This document shows, piece after piece, positions 29,812-40,272 of a DNA stretch of 64,000 bases. The position numbers were made by a program, and so were the translations under genes. The notes under the pieces are model-generated. The model searched no databases. It was not told the origin of the DNA and saw nothing but the letters and a program-made list of their open reading frames with translations. This stretch comes from Candidatus Bathyarchaeota archaeon (GTDB lineage Archaea > Thermoproteota > Bathyarchaeia > Bathyarchaeales > Bathycorpusculaceae). The stretch lies in contig OY970176.1 in assembly GCA_963707955.1 (NCBI GenBank), positions 2,144,001 through 2,208,000 of the forward strand, written 5' to 3'. Within the stretch, counting starts at the first letter, position 1; the number at the start of each line of letters is the position of its first letter.

Positions 29812-30891
29812 ATGGCTCAAAAGTCAAGATTCAGGGATCCAGAACTTGCGAAACTAGTTTCAGAAAAGATAAGTGAAATCGCGCCAAAAAAAGACGTAGT
29901 CAAAATCTGCCACGTCTGCGGTACACATGAGTGGACAATTACTCACTACGGACTGCGGAGTCTCCTACCCAAAAACGTGGAAGTCATAGCTGGTCCAGGC
30001 TGTCCGGTTTGCATCGTTCCAGCTTCAGAGATAGATGAAGCAATCCAGCTGGCCTTGAAAGGAATAGTTATCGCATGCTTCGGTGACCTTTTCCGTGTTC
30101 CAGGCTCAAACATGTCGCTTCTGGATGCCAAAGCGAGAGGTGCAGACGTTCGAGTGGTTTACGGCGTCGGCGACGCAGTGCAGATGGCTAGAAACGAGCC
30201 TGACAAGGAGTTTGTGTTTTTTGCCGTAGGTTTTGAAACCACGTCCCCATCCACAGCGGTCGAAATAGCTGGAAAACCCCTGAAAAACATCAGCTTCTTG
30301 ATTTCTCACCGCACAATCCCGCCGGCCATGAAATTACTGGTCGAAATGAAAGACCTGAGCCTGAACGGTTTCATCGCCCCAGGCCACGTCAGCACGATAA
30401 TCGGACTGAAACCTTACGAGATTTTCCCAGAAGACTATGCTATGCCTGTTGTGGTTGCTGGGTTTGAACCCTTAGACCTCATGTTTGGAGTGTACATGGT
30501 GCTAAAACAGTTGGACGAAGGCAAGCCGAAGCTGGAAAACGAGTACCTGCGGGCTGTGAACAGAGAAGGAAACGTAAGAGCGCAGGAAGCAATGCGCAAG
30601 GTTTTCTCCATAGTGGACGGCGCATGGCGGGGACTCGGCACAATTCCCCTTTCTAAGTATACACTCAAAAACGAATATTCGAAGTATGACGCGCACCTGA
30701 AGTATGGCGTGCGCGTGGAGAAGGGCGTTGACGTGCAGCACGGCTGCAGATGCCACCTCGTCGTGATCGGAAAGATAAAGCCGACTGAATGTCCACTGTT
30801 CATGAAGGCTTGCACTCCTCAAAGACCCGTGGGCGCCTGCATGGTTAGCGTCGAGGGAACGTGCAGGATATGGGCGAGAGCAGAACACTGA
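29812..30891 (+). CDS. hypD: Hydrogenase maturation protein HypD
   Basis: HVCGTHE, GPGCPVC, GFETT, PGHVS and GACMVSVEGTC motifs. Confidence 0.96.
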   Translation: MAQKSRFRDPELAKLVSEKISEIAPKKDVVKICHVCGTHEWTITHYGLRSLLPKNVEVIAGPGCPVCIVPASEIDEAIQLALKGIVIACFGDLFRVPGSNMSLLDAKARGADVRVVYGVGDAVQMARNEPDKEFVFFAVGFETTSPSTAVEIAGKPLKNISFLISHRTIPPAMKLLVEMKDLSLNGFIAPGHVSTIIGLKPYEIFPEDYAMPVVVAGFEPLDLMFGVYMVLKQLDEGKPKLENEYLRAVNREGNVRAQEAMRKVFSIVDGAWRGLGTIPLSKYTLKNEYSKYDAHLKYGVRVEKGVDVQHGCRCHLVVIGKIKPTECPLFMKACTPQRPVGACMVSVEGTCRIWARAEH

Positions 30892-30907
30892 TCTCCCAGC
30901 GCGCGCG

Positions 30908-31060
30908 CTGATAGGAGCTGTCTTGACAATTGTCTTAGTCGGTTTCATACTCCTCTGGGTTGCCATGATACTGCTGGCGGTTGCATTCTTCTCGATCAGA
31001 ACTCAGACCTGCGTAGCCACCTCCACCCCCACCGACTCAAACCCAACGCTAAACAACCTA
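30908..31060 (+). pseudogene. C-terminal remnant of a DUF996-like membrane protein
   Basis: LIGAVLTIVLVGFILLWVAMILLAVAFFSIRT resembles the last helices of DUF996 (recognised from memory). No N-terminus; it begins exactly at a (GC)5 palindrome. Confidence 0.5.
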
Positions 31061-31112
31061 TTGACCTATCTTTTCCCCATTTTTAAAACGCGACTTATGT
31101 ATACGTTTCACA

Positions 31113-32192
31113 CTAACATATTCTGGGGACAGGGTCTCCCACAGGGCGGGGTATGATTCTCTTGCCTCCGACTGCTGTCTGCATTGCCACGCCTTTTATG
31201 TCGGCGACGACGCTGCCAATTATCTCAGCGTCTTTTCCTTCCTCAGTTTCCTTCAACAAATGCAGGATCTCCAGGGCTTTTTCCTTCACAGCACCAATGA
31301 TCATCTTTCCCTCGTTCCCAACCTCGAGCGGGTCCAACCCCAACATTTCACAGGCCACTTTCACATCTTCTCTGATGGGAACTTTGTCTTCGTCAACAAG
31401 GATGCCGACATGCGATTTTTCGCTAAATTCGTTGAGCGCGTCGGCCAAACCTCCTCTGGTCGGGTCTTTCATCGCCACCACTCCGCCCACGTCCTTGAGC
31501 ATACGCTGGACCAAGCGGTTCAGTGGCTTAACATCAGACCTTATCCCGCTGCCGAAGCTCAAGCCTTCTTGAGCAGACAACACAGCCAAGCCATGGTCTC
31601 CGATTGTTCCTGACAAGATTATCTTATTGCCAGCAGCAAGGTTTCCGTCAAGAACCCAACGGGACTTGAAACCATTCCTAAACTGTTTCACAACCCTCAG
31701 GTTCTCGTCCAGCGCCGCGGTTCTTCGACCGATCCCCGAAGTGCTTATGACACAGCCCCCCAAGCTTCCCTTCTCAACAACCTTTGTGTCACCTGTAACG
31801 ATGCTCACTCCAGCCTCCATGCACGCCTGCCGCATGCTGATCAAGATTCTTTCAAAATCAGCTATAGCCAATCCTTCTTCCAAGATGAAACCACAAGCCA
31901 ACGCAAACGGTTCACCGCCCAGCATCGCAATGTCGTTGACTGTGCCACATACTGACAAACGTCCGATGTCGCCTCCGGGAAAGAATATCGGCTTCACAGC
32001 ATGAGAATCAAGCTTGAAAACTAAACCGTCTACAACAGCAGCGTCGTCCAAGGCCTCAAGCGGCACCTCAGCACCGCTTGCACCGCCAAAGTACTTGACA
32101 ACATAATTTCTGACCAAATCGTGCATGACTGTTCCGCCGGCACCATGCAACATAGTGATGTACTCATTATTGTCTGACAAGCTTCCGCCCAC
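31113..32192 (-). CDS. hypE: Carbamoyl dehydratase HypE
   Basis: HGAGG, PIFFPGGDIG.L.V.GTVND, GDTKVVE, DPTRGG, NEGK and C-terminal PRIC; start may be TTG at 32180. Confidence 0.96.
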   Translation of the reverse strand: MGGSLSDNNEYITMLHGAGGTVMHDLVRNYVVKYFGGASGAEVPLEALDDAAVVDGLVFKLDSHAVKPIFFPGGDIGRLSVCGTVNDIAMLGGEPFALACGFILEEGLAIADFERILISMRQACMEAGVSIVTGDTKVVEKGSLGGCVISTSGIGRRTAALDENLRVVKQFRNGFKSRWVLDGNLAAGNKIILSGTIGDHGLAVLSAQEGLSFGSGIRSDVKPLNRLVQRMLKDVGGVVAMKDPTRGGLADALNEFSEKSHVGILVDEDKVPIREDVKVACEMLGLDPLEVGNEGKMIIGAVKEKALEILHLLKETEEGKDAEIIGSVVADIKGVAMQTAVGGKRIIPRPVGDPVPRIC

Positions 32193-32295
32193 ACTGAATT
32201 ATGACTTAGGTAACCTTAAGAGCCAAACATAAACGCATCGTAGGAAACGTCATCAAATAGGGCGTTTCGGAACGGGCTAAAGAAGGTAAGGCCAA

Positions 32296-32928
32296 ATGAA
32301 GGCGACCTTTAACGTGAAGATCATCGACATCACGGCAAGAAAGGGTACGATTAGTACCTCCACAAGTGTCTGGCTCGGATGCCCTTCAGAAAATACAGAT
32401 AGAGACAAGAATATCCCCAAAAGGCCGTTCCGAGAAGGTTGCACAAGAAGCTACTGATCGTTGATGGAGCAGTTGTCGCCACGATGGAGTATGGAACTGC
32501 CGAATCATGCGGCTATCCATAAGTGGCGAGCATGTCATTGTCATGAATTGTGTCTCGGTTCTGAGAAAGGCAAAGATGCATGGTTTCGGGAGATTACTCG
32601 TGGAACACATGGTCAAGAGCAAGAGAAATGTGTATGGTTTCGCAACAATAGCTTTGGAAAACCATTGGGGTCCGTGGTTCACTAAAGATCAGATAGAAAG
32701 GTTAGGCTTCAGGTCAGTAGATTCGATCGATTTAGTCCACAAGACGAAACGCGGGCGGTCGCATTTTCAAGGTTCATCTCATGTGGATCCCAACAGCCGA
32801 GAGAGCCAAGGCGCCGAATTGGGACAAACAAGAACTCTTGCAGGGTGAGACTTTCTGCATGGCTCATCCGCTGTGCTGTCCCCAGAAGTGGAAAGGAAAA
32901 ATCCTTGAGGCAAAACAAAAGGGTCTAG
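32296..32928 (+). pseudogene. Degraded GNAT-family acetyltransferase
   Basis: Fragments KIIDIT, YLHKCLARMPFRKY, VMNC.SVLRKAK.HGFGRLL and FATIALENHW lie in several frames, with two in-frame TAG stops and multiple indels. Confidence 0.65.
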
Positions 32929-32963
32929 CGGGCTTAATTTGATTTTGAACCGTTTTTGTTAAA

Positions 32964-32980
32964 GGAAAACCATATAAATC
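32964..32980 (+). promoter_or_regulatory. BRE/TATA promoter of the ribosomal operon starting at rpl22
   Basis: GGAAAACCATATAAATC about 45 nt upstream of the GTG start. Confidence 0.5.
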
Positions 32981-33021
32981 ACCATACCGCTGTTCAATTG
33001 CACAACTGGAGAGAATATGAA

Positions 33022-33510
33022 GTGCCAAAATGGGGATACTCGATAGCAGAAGAAGAGCTGGATCCCGAGAAGACGGTAAAAGCAAGCGCACGAGAGATCA
33101 GAGTATCCCACAAATCGGCCCGCGAAGTATGTAGGACAATCAAGGGAATGATGCTGACTCAGGCCAAGCAGTACCTCAGAGATGTTATTGCCAAGAAGAA
33201 GCCTGTTCCCTACAGGAGGTTCACGAAGAAACTGGGTCACCGCCACGGCTTGGAAAAAGCTTTTGCAGGCAGGTACCCCGTGAAAACAGCATCACAAATT
33301 CTCAAGTTACTTGAAGGGGCTGAGGCAAATGCCGAAAACAAGGGACTAGACACGGACAGGTTGCGCATCATCCATGCAGCTACAAGTCAAGGGATGAAAG
33401 TGAAGCGGTTTCAGCCAAGAGCCCAGGGAAGAACGACGCCAGACTTTGACACTCCATCACACGTTGAAATAGCCCTTGAAGAGCAAGCGGAGAGGAGAGA
33501 AGAAGCCTAG
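33022..33510 (+). CDS. rpl22: 50S ribosomal protein L22 (uL22)
   Basis: PKWGYS, RVSHK, GRYPVK, NAENKGLD and PRAQGR. Confidence 0.96.
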   Translation: MPKWGYSIAEEELDPEKTVKASAREIRVSHKSAREVCRTIKGMMLTQAKQYLRDVIAKKKPVPYRRFTKKLGHRHGLEKAFAGRYPVKTASQILKLLEGAEANAENKGLDTDRLRIIHAATSQGMKVKRFQPRAQGRTTPDFDTPSHVEIALEEQAERREEA

Positions 33511-34253
33511 TGTCCGTTGTCAAACACTTTATAACAGAGTCTATAAAGAAAACAGAAATCGACGAGTACCTGCAGAAGAAACTCGACAGAGCAGGATACG
33601 GCGGCGTAACAATATCCAAGACTCCGCTTGGAACCCACATAGTTATTTACGCAATGCGCCCGGGCCTTGTTATAGGCAGAGGTGGAGAAACAATAAGAGA
33701 GCTTGCATCTTTCTTGGAAGAGAAGTTCAACGTTTCAAACCCGCAGATTTCTGTGTCTGAGATCGAGGTTCCTGAGTTAAATGCTTACGTTGTTGCTTCT
33801 CGCGTCGCCTCAGCCTTGCAGAGGGGCGTGCACTTTAGACGCGCCGGTTTCTGGTCTCTGAACCAGGTCATGGAAGCAGGAGCCCTTGGCGCAGAGATAG
33901 TAATCAGCGGCAAACTTAGGACCGAAAGAGCGAGATTTGAAAAATTCCGAGCTGGCTATCTGGTGAAGTGCGGAGAACCGTCGCTGAAGTACATGCAGAG
34001 GGCGGAGGTTCATGTTCAACTGAAACCAGGCGTGTTCGGCGTGAGAGTCAGAATAATGCCTCCAGATGCAGTGTTTCCGGATAAGCTTCACATAATTGAA
34101 AATCTCCCACCAGAAGAGGAAACGACAGAAAAAGAGGGCGAGCAGGAAACCGAGGTTGAAGAAGCGAAACCTGAAGAGGCGAAGACTGAAGAAGCAGGGG
34201 CCGAAGAAGCAGGGGCGAGAGAGGTAGGAGAAGAAGGGGAGGCAGTTGAATAA
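33510..34253 (+). CDS. rps3: 30S ribosomal protein S3 (uS3) with acidic tail
   Basis: KH domain RPGLVIGRGG; GAEIVISGKL. Confidence 0.97.
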   Translation: MSVVKHFITESIKKTEIDEYLQKKLDRAGYGGVTISKTPLGTHIVIYAMRPGLVIGRGGETIRELASFLEEKFNVSNPQISVSEIEVPELNAYVVASRVASALQRGVHFRRAGFWSLNQVMEAGALGAEIVISGKLRTERARFEKFRAGYLVKCGEPSLKYMQRAEVHVQLKPGVFGVRVRIMPPDAVFPDKLHIIENLPPEEETTEKEGEQETEVEEAKPEEAKTEEAGAEEAGAREVGEEGEAVE

Positions 34254-34492
34254 TGCCTTTGATCCGAGTCAAAGAAATACGGGACATGTCCTCAGAAGGC
34301 AGGTCTAAGAGACTTGGTGAGTTCAGGACAGAGCTTCTTAGGTTGAGAATTATGATCATGGCGGGTGGCACGATCGAAAACCCCGCCCGAGTGAAAGAAT
34401 TGCGCAAAGCGATTGCTAAGATACTCACGATAGAACAAGAACAAAAGCTTGGGATAAGAAAAACAGAGCCTGAGAGGAAGAAAAAGAAATGA
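34253..34492 (+). CDS. rpl29: 50S ribosomal protein L29 (uL29)
   Basis: EIRDMS...ENPARVKELRKAIAKILT. Confidence 0.93.
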   Translation: MPLIRVKEIRDMSSEGRSKRLGEFRTELLRLRIMIMAGGTIENPARVKELRKAIAKILTIEQEQKLGIRKTEPERKKKK

Positions 34493-34770
34493 AGGTGGCG
34501 CCAGATATCATCCGATGCGAGTTCATCGGAACTGAAGCCGGGGTTAGCAAGAGCAGCCATAACGGATACGTCGGAATATCTGGCTACGTAATTGACGAAA
34601 CCCGGAACACCTTCACGATCGCGTGTCATGGAAAAAGAAAGGCTGTTCCAAAAGGCTCAAGCACCTTCAGATTTGAGTTTCCTGACGGTACGGTTGTTGA
34701 AATCGAAGGAAGAATCCTTGTCGGAAGACCTGAGGACCGGTTGAAGAAACGCGTTAGGAGACTATGGTAA
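34489..34770 (+). CDS. rnp1: Ribonuclease P protein component 1 (Rpp29/Pop4)
   Basis: EFIG, GISG.VIDETRNT and GRPEDRLK; conserved operon position. Confidence 0.92.
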   Translation: MKVAPDIIRCEFIGTEAGVSKSSHNGYVGISGYVIDETRNTFTIACHGKRKAVPKGSSTFRFEFPDGTVVEIEGRILVGRPEDRLKKRVRRLW

Positions 34771-35087
34771 TGTCACTGACTTTTAAGAAGCCTAAGAAGA
34801 CCTGCGACGACATAAACTGTCCGTTCCATGGAGAACTGCCGATAAGAGGCCACGTTCTGGAAGGAGTCGTGGTCAGCGCAAGAATGGACAAGACAGTTGT
34901 CGTGGAACGCGATTACCTTTTATACGTGCCGAAGTTCAAGAGGTACGAAAGAAGACACAGTCGCATTCCGTCACACAAACCACCGTGCATCGACGTAAAA
35001 GAAGGAGACCACGTGATCATAGCAGAAAGCCGCCCGATAAGCAAGACAGTTGGGTTTGTGGTCGTTGAAAAAACGGAGGAGAAGTAG
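34764..35087 (+). CDS. rps17: 30S ribosomal protein S17 (uS17)
   Basis: [23 protein letters not shown] and RPISKT. Confidence 0.96.
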   Translation: MVMSLTFKKPKKTCDDINCPFHGELPIRGHVLEGVVVSARMDKTVVVERDYLLYVPKFKRYERRHSRIPSHKPPCIDVKEGDHVIIAESRPISKTVGFVVVEKTEEK

Positions 35088-35089
35088 GG

Positions 35090-35530
35090 ATGGCGGCAAA
35101 GGCAAAGCAAAGGGCGCTCGTCGCAAGAGGAATGATCGGGCACGGGCCCAAGCTGTCAAGAGGGCTTCAACCCCCGGCGATGTTGAGGTGCGCTGACAAT
35201 ACAGGGGCAAGAACGCTTCGGCTGGTTCAGGTCTTCGGCTACAAGGGCACGATTAGGCGTTACCCATCCGCGACAGTGGGAGACAAGATAACCGTTTCTG
35301 TGAGACACGGGACTCCGGATATGAGGAAGAAGATCTTCCAAGCAGTGATTGTGAGACAGAGGAAGCCATTCCGAAGGGTTGACGGTGTCTGGGTCCAGTT
35401 TGAAGATAATGCAGCGGTTATAATAACTCCTGAGGGGGAAATGAAAGGTTCAGAGATTCGCGGTCCCGTAGCAAAAGAGGCTGCTGAGAGGTGGCCACGG
35501 ATTGCCAGCGCCTCCAGCATAATAGCCTAG
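35090..35530 (+). CDS. rpl14: 50S ribosomal protein L14 (uL14)
   Basis: CADNTGA, FEDNAAV and [12 protein letters not shown]. Confidence 0.97.
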   Translation: MAAKAKQRALVARGMIGHGPKLSRGLQPPAMLRCADNTGARTLRLVQVFGYKGTIRRYPSATVGDKITVSVRHGTPDMRKKIFQAVIVRQRKPFRRVDGVWVQFEDNAAVIITPEGEMKGSEIRGPVAKEAAERWPRIASASSIIA

Positions 35531-35541
35531 GAGCGTAGAAC

Positions 35542-36210
35542 ATGCAGGCACCAAAACCATTGACAAAACCAACAAAGCAAAGAAAAATGCTATACGACGC
35601 GCCGGCTCACGTACGGCACAGGTTTCTTGCGGCGCATCTTTCCAAGGGCCTCAGGGCTTCACATGACGTGAAGAGCCTTCCAGTGAGGAGCGGAGACACA
35701 GTTCGCGTTATGAGAGGAGACCATCGAGGAGTCGAAGGAAAGGTCACTCGCGTCGACTTGGCAAAATACAGGGTCTACGTTGAAGGGTTGACACGCGAAA
35801 AAGTTGACGGAACAACAGTGTTCCTTCCAGTGCACCCGTCTAAAGTTGTAATCACAGGTCTGAACCTCGACGACAAGTGGCGAAAGAAAATCTTAGAGAG
35901 AAAGAAGGAAAGACGAAAGAAGCCAGAAAAGGCCGTGGAGAAGCCAGAGGTTAGACCTGTAGAAAAGCCGAAAGAAGTTGCTGAAGTGGAGGGAGCGGTG
36001 GAAGCGGTGGAAGAGAAGCCGGCTCCTGAGGAGAAAGCTTCTAGGAAGAGAATCACGAGGACAGAGAGGAAAACACCTGCAAAGAAGGTTTCAAAAAAGA
36101 CGAAGCCCGAAGCCAGAGTGACTGAAAAAGAAGAGAAGCCGAGACCAAAGAGGAGAACCAGACGCAGCCCCCGCAGGACCGCCAAGAAAACTGAAGAAGA
36201 GGGACAATGA
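35542..36210 (+). CDS. rpl24: 50S ribosomal protein L24 (uL24) with ~100-aa charged C-terminal extension
   Basis: PTKQRK, GDTVRVMRGD..G.EGKV and HPSKV. Confidence 0.95.
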   Translation: MQAPKPLTKPTKQRKMLYDAPAHVRHRFLAAHLSKGLRASHDVKSLPVRSGDTVRVMRGDHRGVEGKVTRVDLAKYRVYVEGLTREKVDGTTVFLPVHPSKVVITGLNLDDKWRKKILERKKERRKKPEKAVEKPEVRPVEKPKEVAEVEGAVEAVEEKPAPEEKASRKRITRTERKTPAKKVSKKTKPEARVTEKEEKPRPKRRTRRSPRRTAKKTEEEGQ

Positions 36211-36971
36211 GCATGGGCGGAAAGGAGAAATCTTCAGGACTGAAACGTAAGCCGGCCCCAAGATTCTGGCCGATTCACAGGAAAGAGTTTGTATGGGCCG
36301 TGAAGCCCGCGTCAGGGCCTCACTCACTCGAAGAATGCATGCCCCTAGCAATTGTTTTGCGTGATGTCCTAGGATTCGCCGAAACGAGGAAAGAGGCGAA
36401 GACGATTGTCGCTCAAGGGAAGGTCTACGTAGACGGAAAAGTAAGGCGAAGAGACGATTTCCCCGTCGGCCTGATGGACGTTATTTCAGTACCTGAAATG
36501 GGCAAGAGCTTCTGCACTCTGCCTTCTTATAAAGGCCTGATCCTGAACCCGATCAGCGATGAAGAGGCGAAGTTCAAGCTTTTCAGGATAGAAGACAAAA
36601 CGGTTGTCAAAAGAGGGCAGGTGCAGCTTCACCTTCATGATGGCTCAAACCTGATGATCCAAGTTGCTGACCAAAAAAACCCGAAGGAAGACGTTTTCGG
36701 TGCACTTGACACGCTGAAGTTGAGCCTTCCAGAGAAGCAGATACTTGAACACACAAGGATGAAAGAAAAAGCGTACGCGATCATAACTGGTGGAAAAAAC
36801 GTTGGAAAGTTCGGGAGAATAGTTGAGATCGAAAAGGCAGAAGGAAAAAAGCGCAGGAATGCACTGGTGACGATCGAGAATGAGAAAGGGGCGCGCTACC
36901 AAACAACGCTGGATTTCGTCTTTGCGGTAGGGGAGGCACAGCCTCTCGTCTCGTTGCCGGAGGCAGACTGA
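36207..36971 (+). CDS. rps4e: 30S ribosomal protein S4e (eS4)
   Basis: KRKPAP..WPI, GPH, FPVGLMD, LHDG and ITGGKN.G. Confidence 0.96.
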   Translation: MSMGGKEKSSGLKRKPAPRFWPIHRKEFVWAVKPASGPHSLEECMPLAIVLRDVLGFAETRKEAKTIVAQGKVYVDGKVRRRDDFPVGLMDVISVPEMGKSFCTLPSYKGLILNPISDEEAKFKLFRIEDKTVVKRGQVQLHLHDGSNLMIQVADQKNPKEDVFGALDTLKLSLPEKQILEHTRMKEKAYAIITGGKNVGKFGRIVEIEKAEGKKRRNALVTIENEKGARYQTTLDFVFAVGEAQPLVSLPEAD

Positions 36972-36972
36972 C

Positions 36973-37515
36973 TTGTCCGAAGACCAGATCCGCAAGAAAT
37001 GGGAAACGCAGCCAATGCTCAGACCAAGGATAGAAAAAGTCGTGGTCAACATCAGCGTTGGAAAGTCTGGTGAACCTCTGGAGAAAGCCGCAAGAGTCTT
37101 GAAGGAAATAACGGGTCAAACTCCGTGCAAGAGAAGGGCGAAGGACACTGTAAGAGATTTTGGCATCAGAAAAGGAGAATCGATAGCTTGCATCGCAACG
37201 CTGAGAAAAGAAAAAGCGATTGAATTCTTGAACAAGGTTCTGCCGGTCGTTGACAAGAGGCTTTCCAGCAAGAGTTTCGACAGACAGGGCAACTTTTCCT
37301 TCGGCTTAAAAGAACACATTGAGCTGCCAGGAGTAAAATACGACCCCGACGTCGGAATATTCGGTATGGACATATGCGTGTCGGTCATTCGGCCAGGCTA
37401 CCGGGTTAAGACAAGAAGGAAAGAAAGGAGCAAGATTGGCACCAGGCACGTTCTGACACCCGAGGACTCTATCGTGTTCGTCAAGGACACCTTGGGTGTG
37501 GAAATCACTGAATAG
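36973..37515 (+). CDS. rpl5: 50S ribosomal protein L5 (uL5)
   Basis: [23 protein letters not shown] and [11 protein letters not shown]. Confidence 0.97.
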   Translation: MSEDQIRKKWETQPMLRPRIEKVVVNISVGKSGEPLEKAARVLKEITGQTPCKRRAKDTVRDFGIRKGESIACIATLRKEKAIEFLNKVLPVVDKRLSSKSFDRQGNFSFGLKEHIELPGVKYDPDVGIFGMDICVSVIRPGYRVKTRRKERSKIGTRHVLTPEDSIVFVKDTLGVEITE

Positions 37516-37526
37516 GTGGACGGCAA

Positions 37527-37691
37527 ATGGGAAAACAGAAACCTAAGAAGGAAAAAAAGTACGGCAAAGGTGCAAGGCCGTGCAGCAGATGCGGGTCTTA
37601 TGGTCCAATCATCCGACGTTACAATTTATATCTGTGCCGGCAATGTTTTAGGGAAGTAGCCAAAAAACTCGGCTTCAAAAAATACGAGTGA
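37527..37691 (+). CDS. rps14: 30S ribosomal protein S14 type Z (uS14); not in the ORF track
   Basis: Read manually: [54 protein letters not shown]. Confidence 0.95.
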   Translation: MGKQKPKKEKKYGKGARPCSRCGSYGPIIRRYNLYLCRQCFREVAKKLGFKKYE

Positions 37692-38090
37692 ATGAGGAAA
37701 AGCATGATGGACACCTTGGCAAACGGGTTGATAACAGTCATCAACAACGAAATGCGAAACAAGCACGAATGCATAATCAGCCCAGCCTCTAAGCTCTTGG
37801 GCCGAGTCCTGAGAATCATGCAACTGAACGGTTACATCGGTGAATTCGAGTTCATAGACGATGGCCGTTCTGGAAAATTCAAGGTTCAGCTGCTTGGAAG
37901 AATAAACAGGTGTGGAGCCATCAGGCCACGGTTTTCACTCAAAGCAGACCAGTTTGAAGAATGGGAAAAAGAGTTCCTCCCGTCGAGAGAGGTGGGCTTG
38001 CTCGTTGTCTCAACTCCTGCTGGCGTGCTGTCACACAAGGACGCGAAGGAAAAACGCGCTGGAGGTAAACTGCTAGCCTTCGTTTACTAA
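37692..38090 (+). CDS. rps8: 30S ribosomal protein S8 (uS8)
   Basis: DTLANGL, GYIGEFEFIDDGR.G and VVSTPAG. Confidence 0.96.
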   Translation: MRKSMMDTLANGLITVINNEMRNKHECIISPASKLLGRVLRIMQLNGYIGEFEFIDDGRSGKFKVQLLGRINRCGAIRPRFSLKADQFEEWEKEFLPSREVGLLVVSTPAGVLSHKDAKEKRAGGKLLAFVY

Positions 38091-38103
38091 GAGATGTTCA
38101 AAA

Positions 38104-38652
38104 ATGCGAGCCCCAGAAAAGTCCGAAACCATTCAAGTCCCAGAGGATGTTGAAGTAGGCCTTGAAGGAAGAAGAATCACAGTGAAAGGTTCGAAAGGAA
38201 CATTGACACGTGACTTTTCTCACGAGCCTGTTTCAATCGAACTTGACGGCAAAACGGTGCGAGTGTCGGCTGAATGGCCTCGAAAAAGGGAAGCGGCACT
38301 CGTTGGCACCGTTCGTTCGCACATTCAGAACATGATCACAGGCGTCAGGAAGGGTTTTACGTACAAGCTTAAAATCGTCTTCTCACACTTCCCAGTCTCA
38401 GCCAAGCTCAAGGAAAGGACAGTTCTTATTGAAAACTTCACTGGCGAGCGAAACCCAAGAAAGGCCAAAATAATCGGCAACGTTGAAGTCAGCATCCAAG
38501 GAGAGGACATCGTCGTTCGGGGCATAAACCTGGAAGACGTGAGCCAGACGGCAGCAAACATTGAACAAGCTACGAAGGTGAGGAGAAAAGACCCGCGCAT
38601 CTTCTTAGACGGGCTTTACGTTTACGAACAAGCCGAGGGGATGGAAGGATGA
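38104..38652 (+). CDS. rpl6: 50S ribosomal protein L6 (uL6)
   Basis: HIQNMITGV, SHFP, ENFTGE and DPRIFLDGLY. Confidence 0.96.
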   Translation: MRAPEKSETIQVPEDVEVGLEGRRITVKGSKGTLTRDFSHEPVSIELDGKTVRVSAEWPRKREAALVGTVRSHIQNMITGVRKGFTYKLKIVFSHFPVSAKLKERTVLIENFTGERNPRKAKIIGNVEVSIQGEDIVVRGINLEDVSQTAANIEQATKVRRKDPRIFLDGLYVYEQAEGMEG

Positions 38653-39212
38653 CAGAGCCAAACGCGATCACACGTAAAAGAGCTTTGAAGCTGAGGGAGC
38701 GCCTTAAGGAAGGAAAGCCAAAGTTTGCGAGGCCAGAGAGCTGGCGATACGTGCGTCTGAAGGAAAACTGGCGCAACCCACGAGGCTTGGACAACAAGGT
38801 CAGAATGTACATCAAAGGCTGGCCTCCACCAGTGAGTTCTGGATACGGAGGGCCGCGGGTTTCCAGGGGTCTTCACCCCTCAGGCTATGAGGAGGTCCTG
38901 GTTTACAACGTTGAACAGGTCAGCAAAGTAACACCGAACACTCAGGCTCTGCGCATCGCCCACACGGTTGGCAAAAGAAAGCGGACCAAAATCCTTGCAG
39001 AAGCAACAAAAAAGAAAATAGTTGTTCTCAACCTGAGGCAGGCCAGAGAAGCAGCTGGAGAGAAGTCCGCAGAAGAGAAGGAAGAGAAAGAAGAGGAAGG
39101 AGCAAAAGAAACGCAAGGACAACCCAAAGAAGCGGAAGAAGCCCGTGCAACAGAGAAAGCGCAGCCAGAAAAAAAGACCAAGAGACGTAAAGGGAGAGCG
39201 AAGGAGCAATGA
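38649..39212 (+). CDS. rpl32e: 50S ribosomal protein L32e with charged tail
   Basis: F.RPESWRY, WRNPRGLDNK, GLHPSG and IAHTVG.RKR. Confidence 0.95.
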   Translation: MTEPNAITRKRALKLRERLKEGKPKFARPESWRYVRLKENWRNPRGLDNKVRMYIKGWPPPVSSGYGGPRVSRGLHPSGYEEVLVYNVEQVSKVTPNTQALRIAHTVGKRKRTKILAEATKKKIVVLNLRQAREAAGEKSAEEKEEKEEEGAKETQGQPKEAEEARATEKAQPEKKTKRRKGRAKEQ

Positions 39213-39664
39213 CAGGCCTCCGAAATCAGCGTCGTCTTGCAGCTCAAATAATGAAGGTTGGGCGAAACCGCGTCTGGATAGACCCTGAAAGAACGGTTGA
39301 CGTGGAAACCGCGATGACTCGTGACGAAATCAGAAGACTCGTCCATGAAGGCACCATAAAGTCACTGCCCGTAACGGGTGTGAGCCGCGCGAGAGCCCGA
39401 ATCCTGCACGATAAGAAAAAGAAGGGAAGACGAAGAGGTCCTGGGAGCAGAACCGGCTCTGCGAAGGCAAGAGTTTCAAAGAAAGAGGCTTGGATGAGCA
39501 AGATCAGGGCTTTAAGAAAGAGGCTTCAAGAATTAAAAGCGAAAAAGGTCTTCCCTGAAAGTGCCTACCAAAAACTGTACAGGATGGCAGGCAGCGGCAG
39601 GTTTGAATCGGTTGCTGACCTGGAGCGCTACCTGAAGGCGCATGAGCTCTGGAGGAAACGTTAG
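39209..39664 (+). CDS. rpl19e: 50S ribosomal protein L19e
   Basis: QRRLAA, VG.NRVWIDP, GPGSRTG and WM.KIRALR. Confidence 0.96.
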   Translation: MTGLRNQRRLAAQIMKVGRNRVWIDPERTVDVETAMTRDEIRRLVHEGTIKSLPVTGVSRARARILHDKKKKGRRRGPGSRTGSAKARVSKKEAWMSKIRALRKRLQELKAKKVFPESAYQKLYRMAGSGRFESVADLERYLKAHELWRKR

Positions 39665-40272
39665 TGGCGAAAAACTCACGCTACTGCACGAAATTCCGTC
39701 GCAGAAGAGAGGGAAAAACGGACTACAGGGCTAGAAAAGCCTTCATACTTTCTGGCAAGCCTAGGTTGGTGACTCGCACAAGCATCAACAACACAACTGC
39801 CCAGATAGTCGTGGCCAAGCCGAGAGGAGACCAAGTTCTCGTCTCTGCTCACAGCAGGGAATTAGCCAAGAAGTACGGATGGAAGGCCCCTCGGGGAAAC
39901 ATCCCAGCAGCATATCTCACCGGTTTCTTGTGCGGCCTGAAAGCCAAGGCTCACGGGATAGGAGAAGCAATCCTAGACATAGGACTCTATCCGCCTTCAA
40001 AGGGAGCAAGAGTCTTCGCCGTGCTCAGGGGAGTCCTAGACGCAAAGGTGAACGTGCCCCACAGCGAGGAAAAATTGCCTGATGAAAAGAGAATCGGAGG
40101 CGAACACATCGCCAAGTACGCAGAAGGCCTTGCGTCCAACGCTGAAGAGTATCAGACAAAGTTCTCAAAATACTTGGAGCAGAAAATTCGACCAGAAACT
40201 CTTCCCAAACACTTCGCAAAAGTCAAGTCGGACATGGTTGCAGCATTCAAAAGCAGAGGTAAGAAGAATTGA
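39664..40272 (+). CDS. rpl18: 50S ribosomal protein L18 (uL18)
   Basis: FRRRREGKTDY, N.PAAYLTG and ILDIGL. Confidence 0.96.
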   Translation: MAKNSRYCTKFRRRREGKTDYRARKAFILSGKPRLVTRTSINNTTAQIVVAKPRGDQVLVSAHSRELAKKYGWKAPRGNIPAAYLTGFLCGLKAKAHGIGEAILDIGLYPPSKGARVFAVLRGVLDAKVNVPHSEEKLPDEKRIGGEHIAKYAEGLASNAEEYQTKFSKYLEQKIRPETLPKHFAKVKSDMVAAFKSRGKKN

